DNA of 63,499 bases, counting the filler, from Ministeria vibrans ATCC 50519 (Eukaryota > Protista > Filasterea): the NCBI GenBank assembly GCA_943704425.1. It is 6 parts of 6 records of this genome, joined end to end, with 100 filler letters (N's around TTAATTAATTAA, not from the genome) between each part and the next. Parts side by side here need not be neighbours in the genome. Positions count along the whole stretch, not along the records: positions 1 to 20,349 come from CALSCP010001610.1; 5 more parts are not named here. One strand, 5' to 3'. Shown here one piece after another: positions 1 through 11,518 of the stretch (positions are counted from its first letter, which is position 1; the number at the start of each line of letters is the position of its first letter). The notes beneath the pieces are model-generated. The model was given only the letters and a program-made list of their open reading frames with translations, did no database searches and was not told the origin of the DNA. The position numbers and the translations under genes are program-made.

Positions 1-37
<37 letters not shown>

Positions 38-160
38 AAGTGATAGAGAGAGAGAGAGAGAGAGACAAAGTGATAGAGAGAGAGAGAGAGAAACAAAGTG
101 ATAGATAGAGAGAGAGAGAGAAACAAAGTGATAGAGAGAGAGAGAGAGAGGAGACAGAGA
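1..160. repeat. (AG)n microsatellite with 4 embedded ACAAAGTGATAG units (intron of LIM gene)
   Basis: Read directly; units at about 35, 65, 93 and 123. Confidence 0.95.
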
Positions 161-249
161 CAAAATGAAAAAAAAAATTGCAGAGCGTGTTTGTGCGGTG
201 TGTCTGGAGTGTGTGTATGTGCTTGTGTGGTGTGTGTATGTGTGTGTAC

Positions 250-832
250 CCGCGAAGCGACAGGAAGATTGGTTGGGTCATCGGTTTCGTCGCCTTGGTC
301 GAGTGAGGCAGGGATACTTGTAGCGGGTGGGGTGCGGGAGGAGGCCAAGGGAGGCGCACTACGGCGCTTGGCGGCTGCTGCTTGGCGTGAGGCGGTCGCC
401 GTCGCTGGAGCGTCGCTTGGGGGTCTGTGCGGAGCCTCGGCGCCTGCCCCACCGCCTGTCCACTTGGTCTTGTGCTGCTCATGGCCAAATCCCTCGCTAT
501 GCACAAGCGCATTGTGTTGAGAGATCAAAAAGAAACAATCAATACGATAATTGAAAACTGAGGAGAAGAAAAAAAAAAAGGCCAACGGGCAGAGAATACG
601 GACGCTGCGGGAGCATAGAGGCTTACTCGTAGTTTCCCTTGAGACGGAACAACTGCGTGTAGTGCGGCTTGCAGTAGTAGACGCCCTGCATCGACGCGAA
701 GTTCCCCAGACGCAATGTTGCCTTGCACTCGCAGCACTTGAAGCACAGCTTGTGCATCGTGACCGTCGCGGACACGGTGATCCGCTCGTTCATGTACACC
801 CGCTTGCCACACGCCGCGCATGAAGGGTCCAT
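250..832 (-). CDS. LIM-domain protein, LIMD2/EPLIN(LIMA1)-like; 3' part runs off the window
   Basis: Exon 832-~626 encodes CAAC..HKLCFKCCEC..YYCKPHY. Splicing to exon 496-250 gives KGNYDEGFGHEQHKTKW, matching the LIMD2/EPLIN post-LIM motif KGNYDEGFG..QHK..W. GT-AG sites present. Confidence 0.85.
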
Positions 833-954
833 GCTTGTTGGGGAGAGAGAGAGTGAAAAAAAAAAAAAGGAGAGTGATCAGTTGGAAGTGTGAATTTGAT
901 TCAGAATTTCAAATCATCATTGTGATTTGATACAGTGGGTATTCCATCGTTGAA

Positions 955-1380
955 ATGAAGCGAACGGGGACCCCTTTGAAGTTACCGCCGCACAAGCGCC
1001 ATCTGCAACAGCAAGAATCGACTGCGGCGGCGGCGGCGGCGGCGGCGGGCGCATCCTCCTCTGCTTGTGGAGCTGTCTCAGCGACAGCGTCCACCGACAA
1101 CAGCACGGACGGCGGTGGCGGCGACGGCAGTGCAGGCGACGACGAGGCTGCCGGGCCCGGGTCGGCTCTCGGGCTGCTCCGCCACAAGCACAAGTGTCTG
1201 GCGCGCCGTGTCAAAGAGCAAGCGGCCGAGCTGTCCGAATGCGAGGATCGGATGCGCCGCGCCCAGCGCTCCCGCGACGCCGCGTCGGCCTCGTGCTCCC
1301 TTGTCTCTCGCTACTGGCAAAGGGTAACTCTATACTTTGACATCCTTTATATTTCCCAAGTCAAAAAACATTCAGTTGTG

Positions 1381-1420
<40 letters not shown>

Positions 1421-4400
1421 CAATCTTTGCTCTTTTTTTTCGTTCCCTCTTCTCTCCTTTCCTCTTGTTTCTTTTCCGGATTTCTCCTTGTCCCCTGTCT
1501 TATATGCATGTGATTGATGTGTGTGCGCGCTTCAAACTGACGTGGGGCCCTCGTGGACTTGCAGCTGGTGGGGAACGTTGCAACGTTGTTGTCGACGGTG
1601 TCGCTTGAAGGCTCCTCGGCGACTCAGAGCGACGAGACGCGCGCCTTTCTCGCGCTCATCAACGACTCGCTGTCCGACGTGGCTGGTGACGACGAGGCAC
1701 TCGCAAAGTTGTGCGAACAGAGTCTCGAATTGACTCAAAAGCTCGTCGAAATGAGCTCGTCGACACAGGAGCGCCAGTCGACACTGCTCGGCCGCCTTCT
1801 GGAGGGCATCGCCGCCAGTGACGTTGATGCGACGTTGCGCCAAGAGCTGGCGGCGGCGCAGTCTCTCATTGACACGGTACAGCGATCCAATGTGAAACTT
1901 CAGGCGGAGGTCCACACGGCGGCGTTGCGAACGAGCGCGGCCGAGCAGAAGCGCAATCAGATGGAAGAGCTGATGAGCGAGGCGAACGAACGCGCTGCGG
2001 AGTCCGAGCACGAGCTGAGCAAAGTGAGAAGGAAATTGAGCAAACTCGAGGACGAGGTGCGCGAGGGCAAACAGGCGCTTCAGCGGGCTCTCGCCGAAGC
2101 CACCAACGCCGCCAATGCAGCGGCTGCGGCTGCTGCAGCCGCTGCAGCGTCTTCGTCGGCATCCACTTCGGCAGTGGAAGGTAACGCCAAGCATGCTGCC
2201 TCTGCGGCCGACACAACACGCGTGTCGGCGGTGGCGCAGGAGGAGCTGGACGACCTTCGGCAAGAGGTGGAGGACACGGCGGAGGTGGCGATGCAGCGAC
2301 TCAAGGAAATTGAACAGTTGCGAGCGGAGCGGGTGAGCGATCGCCAAGACATTGACTGTCTGCGCACGGAGCTGTCGATGCTGCCCGATTCACGAGTGCG
2401 GGAGACGGCGCTGGTACGTACGATGCGCGCGCAACTTGAAGGGGCGCTCAAGGAGGCCATGGACGCACGCGCCACCGCTGACCGACTGGAACGCGACGCG
2501 GCGTCAAGCACGACGCAATGGAAGGCGCACATGGAAGCAGTCATGGCGGCCGAGAGCGAGCGTCGTCTTGCGCTTGAGGGCGAACTGGCACGGCAAGAGA
2601 CGGAGCTGGGGCAGATGCGTGCACAATTGGCAGCCGTCGACTTTGATCAGGCGCGCGCCAAGGCCGCAGACCAGCTGGTCGCTGTCAATCATGAACTGCG
2701 CGGGCTTGTTGAAAGTCTTCAGGTAGGTTTAATATAATTATGATTATATTGCAGAGAGGGAAACAAAGTGATAGGGAGAGAAACAAAGTGATAGAGAGAG
2801 AGGAGAAAGAAACAAAGTGATAGAGAGAGAGGAGAAAGAAACAAAGTGATAGAGAGAGAGTGAGAGAGAGATGTTTTTTGTTGGGGCAATGCTGATAAGT
2901 GATGCACTGTATATAGAGTCGCAATGGACTGTTGACACAGGACCTAGAGCGACACAAGAAAAAGAGCGAATCACTTGCGGAGCTTGTTGAGAAATACCGG
3001 CCCAGCGACGAGGGAGACGCAGCCGAGCGAGCGTCGCGCTTCCTCAGTGCCGACGGAGAGGCGCTGATCCGCGAGCTGAAGGAGAAGCTGGCGACCGCGG
3101 AGGAAGGAGAGCGAGATCTCCGACTGATGCTCAATGTGTACCAGACCAGTGGGAAGGACTCGCGACAGCAAAAGGAGGTAAGAGAGGGAAAAAAGAGAGT
3201 GGGCGAGAGTTTTTGGTGTTTTGTGTGCAATTTTTGAGTGTGTTTTGACAGGTTCCCAGGGAGTCAACGAGTGAGACTCAATCTGTGTGTATTTTTTTAT
3301 TGTAGCTTTTGGTATCGGAAGCTCGATTGAAAGAACAAGTTAGAGACTTGACTGAGAAACTCGAAAAACTACAGACAGTAAAAAAAATAAAAAAAAAATA
3401 GAGCGAGTGAGGAATTTTGTAAACCTGTTTTGATCATGTAATGTAGGACATTGTAGCAGCAGGAATTGAAGGAAGTGACTCGTCACTGAGTGGTGTTGGG
3501 GCCAACCTGAGGTCACTGAAGGAAAAGCTCAAGGCCAAGACAGATGTACGAAACTGACGAAGATGCAGAGAACATTTGTATTGATTGATTGATTGTGTGT
3601 AGGATGAAAGTGCGCTGATGAGTGAGATGGAAGTGATTGGGAGTGCGTTTCAGGGGGTGCAAGACCAAAATGTTCGACTGCTCAAGCAGCTCAATGCACA
3701 CGCAGACGCGAACATCCAACTCATGAACGAAGTACGTTTGTCTTTGACACGTATTGTGCTTGTCGTTCTAATGCTTTGTGTTGTGCAGCGGATGCGGAGT
3801 GCTAGGCTAAAGGCGACCATTAGCGAGCAGAAGGAGGCGCTTGAAGCAGCAGAAGCAGTGAGGAGCCAACACGCAGAGAATGTGGGGCGACTGGAGCAGC
3901 GCATTGCGACGTTGATGGCTCAAAATGCGGCGGGTGATCGAGAGAATGTGATGCGGCTGAGTGCCATTGAGGCGCATCGCAAGAGAGCACAGGATCTGGC
4001 GCAGCAGCTCCATGAGACTCAGACGCGCTTGGTGGAGCGTGATAGCAATATGGTGGAGGTCAGGAGATGAGAGTGATATCGACGTGTGTTTTGATGTGTT
4101 TTTCTGACTCGGGATGGTAGATTCAAAATGCAATGAGGATGAAGACGCAAACGATTGCGGAAGGGGAGCAACAACAGTCGCGACTGGCGGAGGAGATCAG
4201 TATGCTCAGACGGAAGTTGGAGCGTGCGTCGAAGCGCAGTGCGAGCAGCAGTGGGGGCAGTGGTGGTGGTGGCGGTAGCAGTGCGGACAAGAGCGGAGGT
4301 GGAGGAGAGAAGAGCAGTGCTAAGCGAGATACGACCACTGATCAGACCCTTCTCAACTACTATAAGGTAGAGAGAGAGGAACAAAAAAAAACAAAATGTT

Positions 4401-4682
4401 TGAGAAAGAAGAAAAAAAACAAAAATGATAGAGAGAAACAAAGTGAGAGAGAGCTCGATTGTGTAAGTTCTGACGACGAATTTTTCTACATATTATTTAT
4501 ATATGCAGTCGACGGTGACATGCAATATTTGCAACAAGAACGAGAAGAACGTGACGCTGCAGCGGTGTCACCATGCCTTTTGCAGCGAGTGCATCAGCGT
4601 CCGCTACGAATCCCGCCAGCGCAAGTGTCCCCGCTGCGGTGAACCCTTTGGCAAGAACGAAATTGTCAAGCTTGTCATGTAG
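955..4682 (+). CDS. BRE1: E3 ubiquitin ligase BRE1 (RNF20/40, H2B monoubiquitination), multi-exon
   Basis: Long coiled-coil exons (955-1323, 1565-2722, 2917-3177 and others), motif LMSEMEVIGSAFQGVQDQNVRLLKQL, and C-terminal RING CNICNKNEKNVTLQRCHHAFCSECISVRYESRQRKCPRCGEPFG. Stop TAG 4680-4682. Confidence 0.93.
2753..2870. repeat. Intronic minisatellite, 4 x AAACAAAGTGATAG in AG-rich tract (BRE1 intron 2)
   Basis: Units at about 2761, 2781, 2810 and 2839. Confidence 0.9.
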
Positions 4683-4859
4683 AGTGAGCGGAGACGACCG
4701 ATGAACGAGAGAGTTTGTAGAGAGAGGAAGAGATATACATTTTTTTCAATTCAATGATCTCGATTCTCTGTTAATTTTTTCTAATTTCTCAGTTTTCTGA
4801 TTACGGAGTAGTGATTACTGATTTATTTTTATTCATTGTTTTTACGCGAGGAACCGTCG

Positions 4860-5428
4860 ATGGGAAAAAAGCGCGCTAAGCGCTCTGAGGCGTCTATTCA
4901 GCACAAGGAATTGTTTATGCGCATGAACTTTCTCGATCATGTACTAAACATAATTAGTGTTACTCATCCACTCAATCTCACGTCACTCTGTCTCCTGTCG
5001 TCTCGCCCAGGCTGCCCACTGGGCCCTCCTTCAGACCAACATCCCCTCTCTCTCCACAGAGTACGCGCGAATCATGCGTAACATTGGAAAGCGTCAGGTT
5101 TTGCGAGTGTAAGCGACTCGAAGAATCGTCTCGTTTTTATTATTATTATATTATAGCGAACCACGCATCAAGAGAACCGTCTGCAAGAAGTGCAACACTC
5201 TCATTGTATCAGGCGTCTCCGGCACCGTCCGCTTACGATGTACCTCTCAAAATTAATAATCAGATCACTCGCAAAAACGGTTTTCGCTTAGCACGTCGAG
5301 AGAAGCACGTTGTGGTCCACTGCAGCAACTGCGACACGTACCGCAGGTTTATGAAGGCCAAACACATCCCCCAGGCAAAGCGAGCTGCGCAGACAAGCGG
5401 TGAGGAATTGCAACCGGAAGGCGAATGA
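4860..5428 (+). CDS. RPP21: RNase P protein subunit Rpr2/RPP21 (Zn ribbon), 4 exons
   Basis: Spliced product: RMNFLDH|AAH...IGKRQVLR|...IKRTVCKKCNTLIVSG..|..VVVHCSNCDTYRRF, carrying the Rpr2 RxNFL and two CxxC motifs. Confidence 0.88.
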
Positions 5429-5569
5429 GCTGTGGCTCGGACGGTACTCTGGCCGGTGGAGAGTCCTCTGACTCCTCACTTGACATTTCTCTGAGCTCCA
5501 AGCCTCTTGGGGCGATCGATTACCAATGAATGAAGCAAATTCTCAAATTCTCATTCCTATCAATATGAA

Positions 5570-8217
5570 TTGAAAAGTTTACTTAACTTTTCTTGGAAAC
5601 CCCAAAATCGTCGCAGGGGGGACCGCTCGAAAAACTCAAACAGTGAAAAATAGAAAAGGTCGCGTCACCATGGCTCACTTTTTGGAATCGACGCGGGCAA
5701 GGGTACTCTGCACAGTGGCGTGCTCCGCCTCCTCTGAAACCCCCTACTTTTCGAGTTGTCGCCGCTTTTCTCACCCTCGCTCCCACACGCCTCTCACAGC
5801 CCCCCTGCTCACTCCCAGAGGTCTGATCATTTGCGGCAAGACCGTGGGTGCGGCAGGCGGGGGGAGTGAGGGGGCGCTATGATCCGTTTGAAGGGAAAAT
5901 GAGTTTTTTTTTCAAAAAACTGACCTTATTTCAAACTTGAGCTTGTTGTCCCTTGTTCCCCGGTTCGCTTCGCCTCTCCTTCGAACCAGTAGATAATAAT
6001 CAGCTTGTATGTACCTATGGTGAAGGAATATTGACCGAATAAGGGCTGTCTACACGTCTTTTTTGAGTTTCTTTTAAAAAAACGTTTATTTTTTTCTTTT
6101 TCTTTTTAAACTTATTCGACTACGATCGCAAAGTAGAGCGATCAGCAGTTGAAACCCCCAAAAGCTACTTTGTCACCTTCTGGGTACTGAGCGAGTGCCG
6201 AGTGATGGGAGCCGACTCAGCCGAGGGGACTGTATTGCCTATTGACTATTATTTCTTTTCGAAACTTCAAAATTTCATTCGATTTTGTTCTTCTTGGACA
6301 CTCATATCGTATCCTTGACCACNNNNNNAGTCAAGGCCACCGTCTTCTTCGCCCATGCGTGGGGCATTGGCAAGCGGGTGGCTTTGACCGGAAGCACTGG
6401 TGTGGCTGGTGTCAACATTGGCGGCGACACGCTACACTCTTTCGCAGGACTCACCGGAGGATCGGATGCACAGCGCACGACGGTCTCAGCAGCAGTAGCG
6501 TCGCGCCTCTCGTCCACTTGGCTGCTTGTCGTCGACGAAGTCAGCATGGTGTCTGCGTCGTTGATGACCTCTGTCTTGGACCGCTTCAAGCGTGCCGGGC
6601 AAGGAGTGCTTGCACACACTTCCTTTCTCTTTCTTGGAGATTTTTGGCAGTGTCCTGCCATTGGGGCTTATCTCTACAACAAGTACACTGTTGTGAACAC
6701 CCCTCTCGCTCCTACGGTCACGGGCATCAAGTTCTGGTTGCAGCAGCTCAACGTGGCCGTGACCTTGACGGAAAACATGCGTGCGCGGGATGACGCAACC
6801 TTTCAGAACATCCTCGCAGGTCTCCGCCAGGGCCATTTGTCGGACGAGCTGCTTGACAAACTCAACACCCGCGTGATCTGCGATACACTCCCTGTACCTG
6901 TTGGCACGCACACTGTGACGCACAGCAACAAGAAACGACACGACCTCACGCGGGCTCACTTTGCACTCGAAATGCTTCAACGACAGCAGCACGACGCGCC
7001 ACTCGACGAACACACCGACATGACTGTCTTCAATGACAGGACGACTTGGCAGACGTACGGCATTGTCGTCAATGCGACAATGTATCGTGGACAGCACCGA
7101 AACGGCAAAACATTTTCTGATGCAGACTTCGCTGAGGCAAAAGAGATTGTGATGGGTACGAAGCGAGCGAAGTGCTCCAAGACACAGAAGGACGCAAATC
7201 CCGGTCTGCACGAGGCTCTCGGTCGCCGCGAATACAGTTTGCGACTGTACGTTGGCCAACAAGTGATGTTTGCGCAGAACCTGGCAGTCACGGGTGCTGG
7301 CATTGCCAATGGCACACTGGGCACCATTGTGGGCTTCATGTTTCACGAAAACACCCGATTTGACATTGCGACTGAGTGCTTCACTACGAGTGCTGCGAAA
7401 GAGCGTCCCGCGCGTGCACAACGACAAGGTGCGCATGCGCGTGCCGATGATGCTGCGGGCGTTGCAGATTCCACTTCCGTCTCCTACACTCTGGGCATTC
7501 CCAGCCAGCGTGTCCTCAATGCTCAAGGCAACGCCATCCCTCCAACATCCGACACACACCACACTCCCATTGTGGGTGTCTATGTGCACATCCCAAACGC
7601 CAAGTTTCCGCCCTTCGCTGGCCTCCCCGCCAAAGTATTCCCTGTACTCTACCCCACCGGCGAGGCGTCCCACAACAAGATCGATGCTCCCAAGGTCTTC
7701 AACGTCACAGTGAGCAATGGTCACAAGGCCAAAGTGAAGTTTCTGCAGCTCCCCATCGTCCCCGCCACCGTAACCACCACCCACAAGGCACAGGGCCTCA
7801 CCCTCGACGGTTTGCACGTGACTGAGATTGTCGCTCATCCTGGTGTCCTCTACACGGCTTTGAGCAGAGTGCGCAGGCTGGACAGTTTGTATTTGCCGCG
7901 TGCACTCACTGCTGAAGATGTCGCCGCTTGTGCACTTGATCCGATGCTTGCGGACCACGTCGCACACCTCAGCAGACTCGAATCTGCTACAACGGATGCT
8001 GTGTTGGGCAACGAGACCGCCCGATTGGAGCTCTTTAAGCAGGTCGGGGTGTTTCCCCCAAAGAAGGCCCGAAAGACGTAAAAAGTTCTTTACTTACCCT
8101 AGACCCATAAATAAAATGTATCTGACCAACTCTTTCATTTACTCATATCAAGTGAGGCGTGTTCGAGACAGAATAAAGATAGTTAAGTAAACTTTTCCGA
8201 CGCAGCGAAGCGTAGTT
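5570..8217 (+). mobile_element. Helitron2/Helentron-like rolling-circle transposon (internal assembly gap)
   Basis: Perfect 17-bp inverted repeat GAAAAGTTTACTTAACT (5572-5588) / AGTTAAGTAAACTTTTC (8181-8197). The 5' copy follows TT and folds into an 8-bp hairpin (5572-5592). The 3' copy is subterminal, followed by a GCGAAGC hairpin and AGTT. No TSD. Encloses an intronless PIF1 helicase ORF. Confidence 0.65.
6330..8081 (+). CDS. PIF1-family SF1B DNA helicase, transposon-type; N-terminus and Walker A lost in the 6-N gap
   Basis: Motifs TGSTGVAGVNIGGDTLHSFAG (Ia), VVDEVSM (II), GDFWQCPAI (III), LTENMR (IV), QVMFAQNL..GIANGTLG, QLPI..TTHKAQGLTL (V), YTALSRVR (VI). Confidence 0.9.
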   Translation, partial: VKATVFFAHAWGIGKRVALTGSTGVAGVNIGGDTLHSFAGLTGGSDAQRTTVSAAVASRLSSTWLLVVDEVSMVSASLMTSVLDRFKRAGQGVLAHTSFLFLGDFWQCPAIGAYLYNKYTVVNTPLAPTVTGIKFWLQQLNVAVTLTENMRARDDATFQNILAGLRQGHLSDELLDKLNTRVICDTLPVPVGTHTVTHSNKKRHDLTRAHFALEMLQRQQHDAPLDEHTDMTVFNDRTTWQTYGIVVNATMYRGQHRNGKTFSDADFAEAKEIVMGTKRAKCSKTQKDANPGLHEALGRREYSLRLYVGQQVMFAQNLAVTGAGIANGTLGTIVGFMFHENTRFDIATECFTTSAAKERPARAQRQGAHARADDAAGVADSTSVSYTLGIPSQRVLNAQGNAIPPTSDTHHTPIVGVYVHIPNAKFPPFAGLPAKVFPVLYPTGEASHNKIDAPKVFNVTVSNGHKAKVKFLQLPIVPATVTTTHKAQGLTLDGLHVTEIVAHPGVLYTALSRVRRLDSLYLPRALTAEDVAACALDPMLADHVAHLSRLESATTDAVLGNETARLELFKQVGVFPPKKARKT

Positions 8218-8343
8218 ATCTCAATTATTCACCATTCAGATTTTTCAATACTCATTTTGCAGGAGTATTCAGTTTAATTCACTCAACTCACCTCCACACG
8301 CCAAGCGGCCCGCCCGCCCTCCAGCTCGCTCTTCGTTTGCCAC

Positions 8344-8606
8344 ATGCCATCAACACTAGTGCTTGTGGGCGTGGCCATTGTGTGTGTGGGGCTGTACGTG
8401 GCCTGGACGTGGCCCCGCCAGCAACGTCGCCAAGCGTCGACTTGGTCTCGCCCCGCTGCGTCGTCGCCGTCCTCCTCGTCGCTCCCCTACGGTGCATCTG
8501 CTCGCTCCTTCAATGAACCAGCCAATGTGCGTGCCACAACGCCGTCGTATCACTCTCAACAGGTACCTCAAACCATTTTTTGCCTTGCTTCAAATTTTGA
8601 ATTTAT

Positions 8607-8641
<35 letters not shown>

Positions 8642-11518
8642 AACCTTTTTCGCTCTCTGCGACCTTCCCAGCGGCTTGAAACGCCTCCAATGCGCGCCAA
8701 CCAGGCCCAATCGGGCTTTGAGACGGGTCTTCCGGCGGGCGTTGCCAACCCCACGTATGGCAGTGATGCGTTGGGCAAACGTGTCATTGCGCGTCGTCTG
8801 AGCTACACTCAGGCCGCCTCGGCCAATCCCAGCCCCACCGTCGTGCGTCCCTTGCGAGGCTCTGCCCTGGCCCCTGCAGCGGCCTCGCCAGCGGGAGCCC
8901 GGTCGGCCGCAACGAGGCGTTCGGGTCGGCGTGCGCACGATGCGACCGACGTCGACCATCCCACTCCGCCGTTTTGGCCCTCGTCGGCTTCCACACCCGT
9001 TCTGACAGTCGCTCAACGGCGAATGCAGGCAACCGGTGACCTGGCTAAAGCTGTGCAGGTCGTCAAGACCCGTGGCTCCTTGAAACTCACCCCACGACGC
9101 CGTCGCACCCCCAATCGGCCTTCCGACACCGTTGAGGTCGACCACGACAACACCACCAGCGACAACGACCGGCAAATGGATAGCGCTACCGCCAAGACAA
9201 CCAGCATTGATGCACTTGACCAACCACAGCAGCATCCGCGAAAGCGACAGCGCGAAGCCACGGATCAAGATGTGAACGAAGAAGAGGAACAGAGGAATCG
9301 AAACAGTCGCAGCGGACAAAAACGTGCGGCGGAAGACGACGAAGACGACGATGACAACACCAACAGCGACAACACCAACGCCAACACGTCGTTGTTGCAA
9401 AGCGCAATCAAACGCATGCGACAAACGCTCTTCTCGCGATGGTCACCTCAGGCGGACAACGACAACAACAGCACCATCGATGAGATGGCTGCGCCTCGCC
9501 GCACACGGTCTTCGTCGAAACGTCGTGCCAGCGACAACGACGACGACCAAGATGACCTTGACGAGGGCGGCCAGCGTCAGCGCCGTCGGCTCAACACAGA
9601 TGAACCGGCATTTATGCACATCATTTCAAACGACCGTTTGTTTGTCGATGCCGATGTCGACCAGAACGACAACGTCTTTGACGACGATGACGATGGGGAT
9701 GCTGCTATGGGCACTGAGGTGGTGTTGCGTGCGCCGACGGGTGTGCAGCCGCGCAAGCGATCAGCAAGTGCGGTTGCAGAAGAGGCGACGGCGCGCAGTA
9801 AAGTGGCACGCAAGACAACCAGAGCAGACGCACAAGAAAACACACAGAATGCTTCTGAGGCATCATCGACGTCGTCGTCGTCAACCACGGCCGCGAAAAA
9901 GCGAGCAACGACGCGACGGGGATTTGGCCGACGCATTCGCACTGTGGTGGAGGAAGACGAAGTGAGTGGAGAGCGTGATGATGAAGCTGTGGGATTGTTG
10001 GTGGGAGACGTGGGGCAAGGTGTTGCGGAAGGCAGTGATCACAAAGGGATGAAACGTACTTCATCGGTCGACGATAATGTGGGTGATAAGTTTTCGGATG
10101 TGACGCGCCAGAGCACACGCAACCGACAGCGCCTTCTTGCCGAACAGCTTGCAGACGAGCAGCTTGTCGAGGACTTGCTTGCATCTGCCGAGGCACACGA
10201 AGTCGCCAAGGTGAAGGCTCGCGAACGCGCAGCCGCTGAGAAACAGCGTGAAAAGATGGCCAAGTCTTCCTCTGCTGCGACTTCCACTGCAATTGCACTT
10301 CCCACATCCGTTCCTCAACCGACGTTTGGAGCGACCTCAGGTACAACAACAGTTGCACCAACAGCAGCGGGAGCATCAACAGGGGCACCGTCGTTTTCGT
10401 TCGGTTCCAAGGCGACTGCTCCTAACACTGCCAGCACAACCACCACTGCCTCCACTGTCTCCACCACCACTACGGCAGCCAAGACACAGCCGTTTGCGTT
10501 TGGCGCTGCGGCCAAGGCATCTACTGCCCCCACCACCACCACCCCCACCACTACCTCTACTGCTGCCCCGCCTCCTGCCAATGGTGCACCCCCCATCTTT
10601 GGCGGCTTATCTTCCTCGACGAGCAAACCAGCAGCATCAACCCAGTCCAAACCAACGCCGACTGCCTCAACCACAGCATTTGCGTTTGGTTCCGCTACCA
10701 GTGCCTCTTCTTCTGCCGCCGCAGCGGCTTCAGCACCCTCCACAGCTGCGTCCACCTTCACCTTTGGTGGTGGTGGTGGTGCTGCTGCCAAACCGACTGC
10801 TACTCCTACTCCTGCTTCAGCACCCTCCACAGCTGCGTCCACCTTCACCTTTGGTGGTGGTGCTGCTGCTGCTGCCAAACCGACTGCTACTCCTACTCCT
10901 ACCGCTGCTGCCAAACCCGCTGCGTTCTCCTTTGGTTCCAAGCCCACCGCTCCGGCTGCAGCTGCTGCTCCTACTTCCTCCTCCACATTTGCATTTGGGT
11001 CTGGTGCGTCCACCACTTCCAAGCCGGCCGTGTCTGCCCCTGCGTTTCCCCAACCCACTGCCACTGCTGCCCCTGCTGCCACTGCTGCTTCCGCTTTTCC
11101 TGGGTTTGGCACCACTTCAACTCAACCACAACAACAACAACAACAGTTTACGTTTGGTGGCTCGTCCGCAGGCGCTCCTCCCAAGACCAGTGCTGCTCCC
11201 GCCGCTGCCTTCAGCTTTGGTGCATCCTCCGCCCCACCTCAACAGCAACAGCCACAGCAAAATGCATCATTTGCCTTTGGAGCCGCCAACAGCAACAGCA
11301 ACGTTGCACCCGCTGCCCAACAACAACATCCGCCAAAGGCAGGCAACATGCCCTTCTCGTTTGGTGCCTCCTCTGCAGCGCCATCAAAAGGGGGCGCCAG
11401 TCAAGGCGGCGCAGGCTTCTCCTTTGGTGCAGGTCCATCGAATGCACCTCCTCCCGTTGCTCCTTCGCGTGGTACTCGTGCCGGTAACCTGCGACGTGGT
11501 GCGCGTTCGCGACGATAG
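8344..11518 (+). CDS. Transmembrane FG-repeat nucleoporin with POM121-like architecture (exons 8344-8562, 8672-11518; ~1021 aa)
   Basis: N-terminal hydrophobic segment LVLVGVAIVCVGLYVAWTW, in-frame GT-AG splice, several basic NLS-like clusters, more than 12 FxFG/FG repeats in S/T/A/P-rich spacers, and basic C-terminus LRRGARSRR. Confidence 0.78.
10727..10900 (+). repeat. Recent 87-bp (29-aa) tandem duplication of one FG unit
   Basis: ASAPSTAASTFTFGGG..AAAKPTATPTP encoded twice, nearly identical at DNA level (10727-10813, 10814-10900). Confidence 0.92.

Noticed and set aside
6486-7967. 493-aa antisense ORF, and many other long shadow ORFs across RyR, ATP7 and the nucleoporin
   Set aside because: Expected by-products of GC-rich codon bias opposite real genes; no recognisable motifs.
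5572-8197. piggyBac/Kolobok reading (TTAA inside both inverted repeats)
   Set aside because: No DDE transposase is visible and no further TIR lies inside the TTAA sites; hairpin geometry plus PIF1 fits Helitron2/Helentron better.
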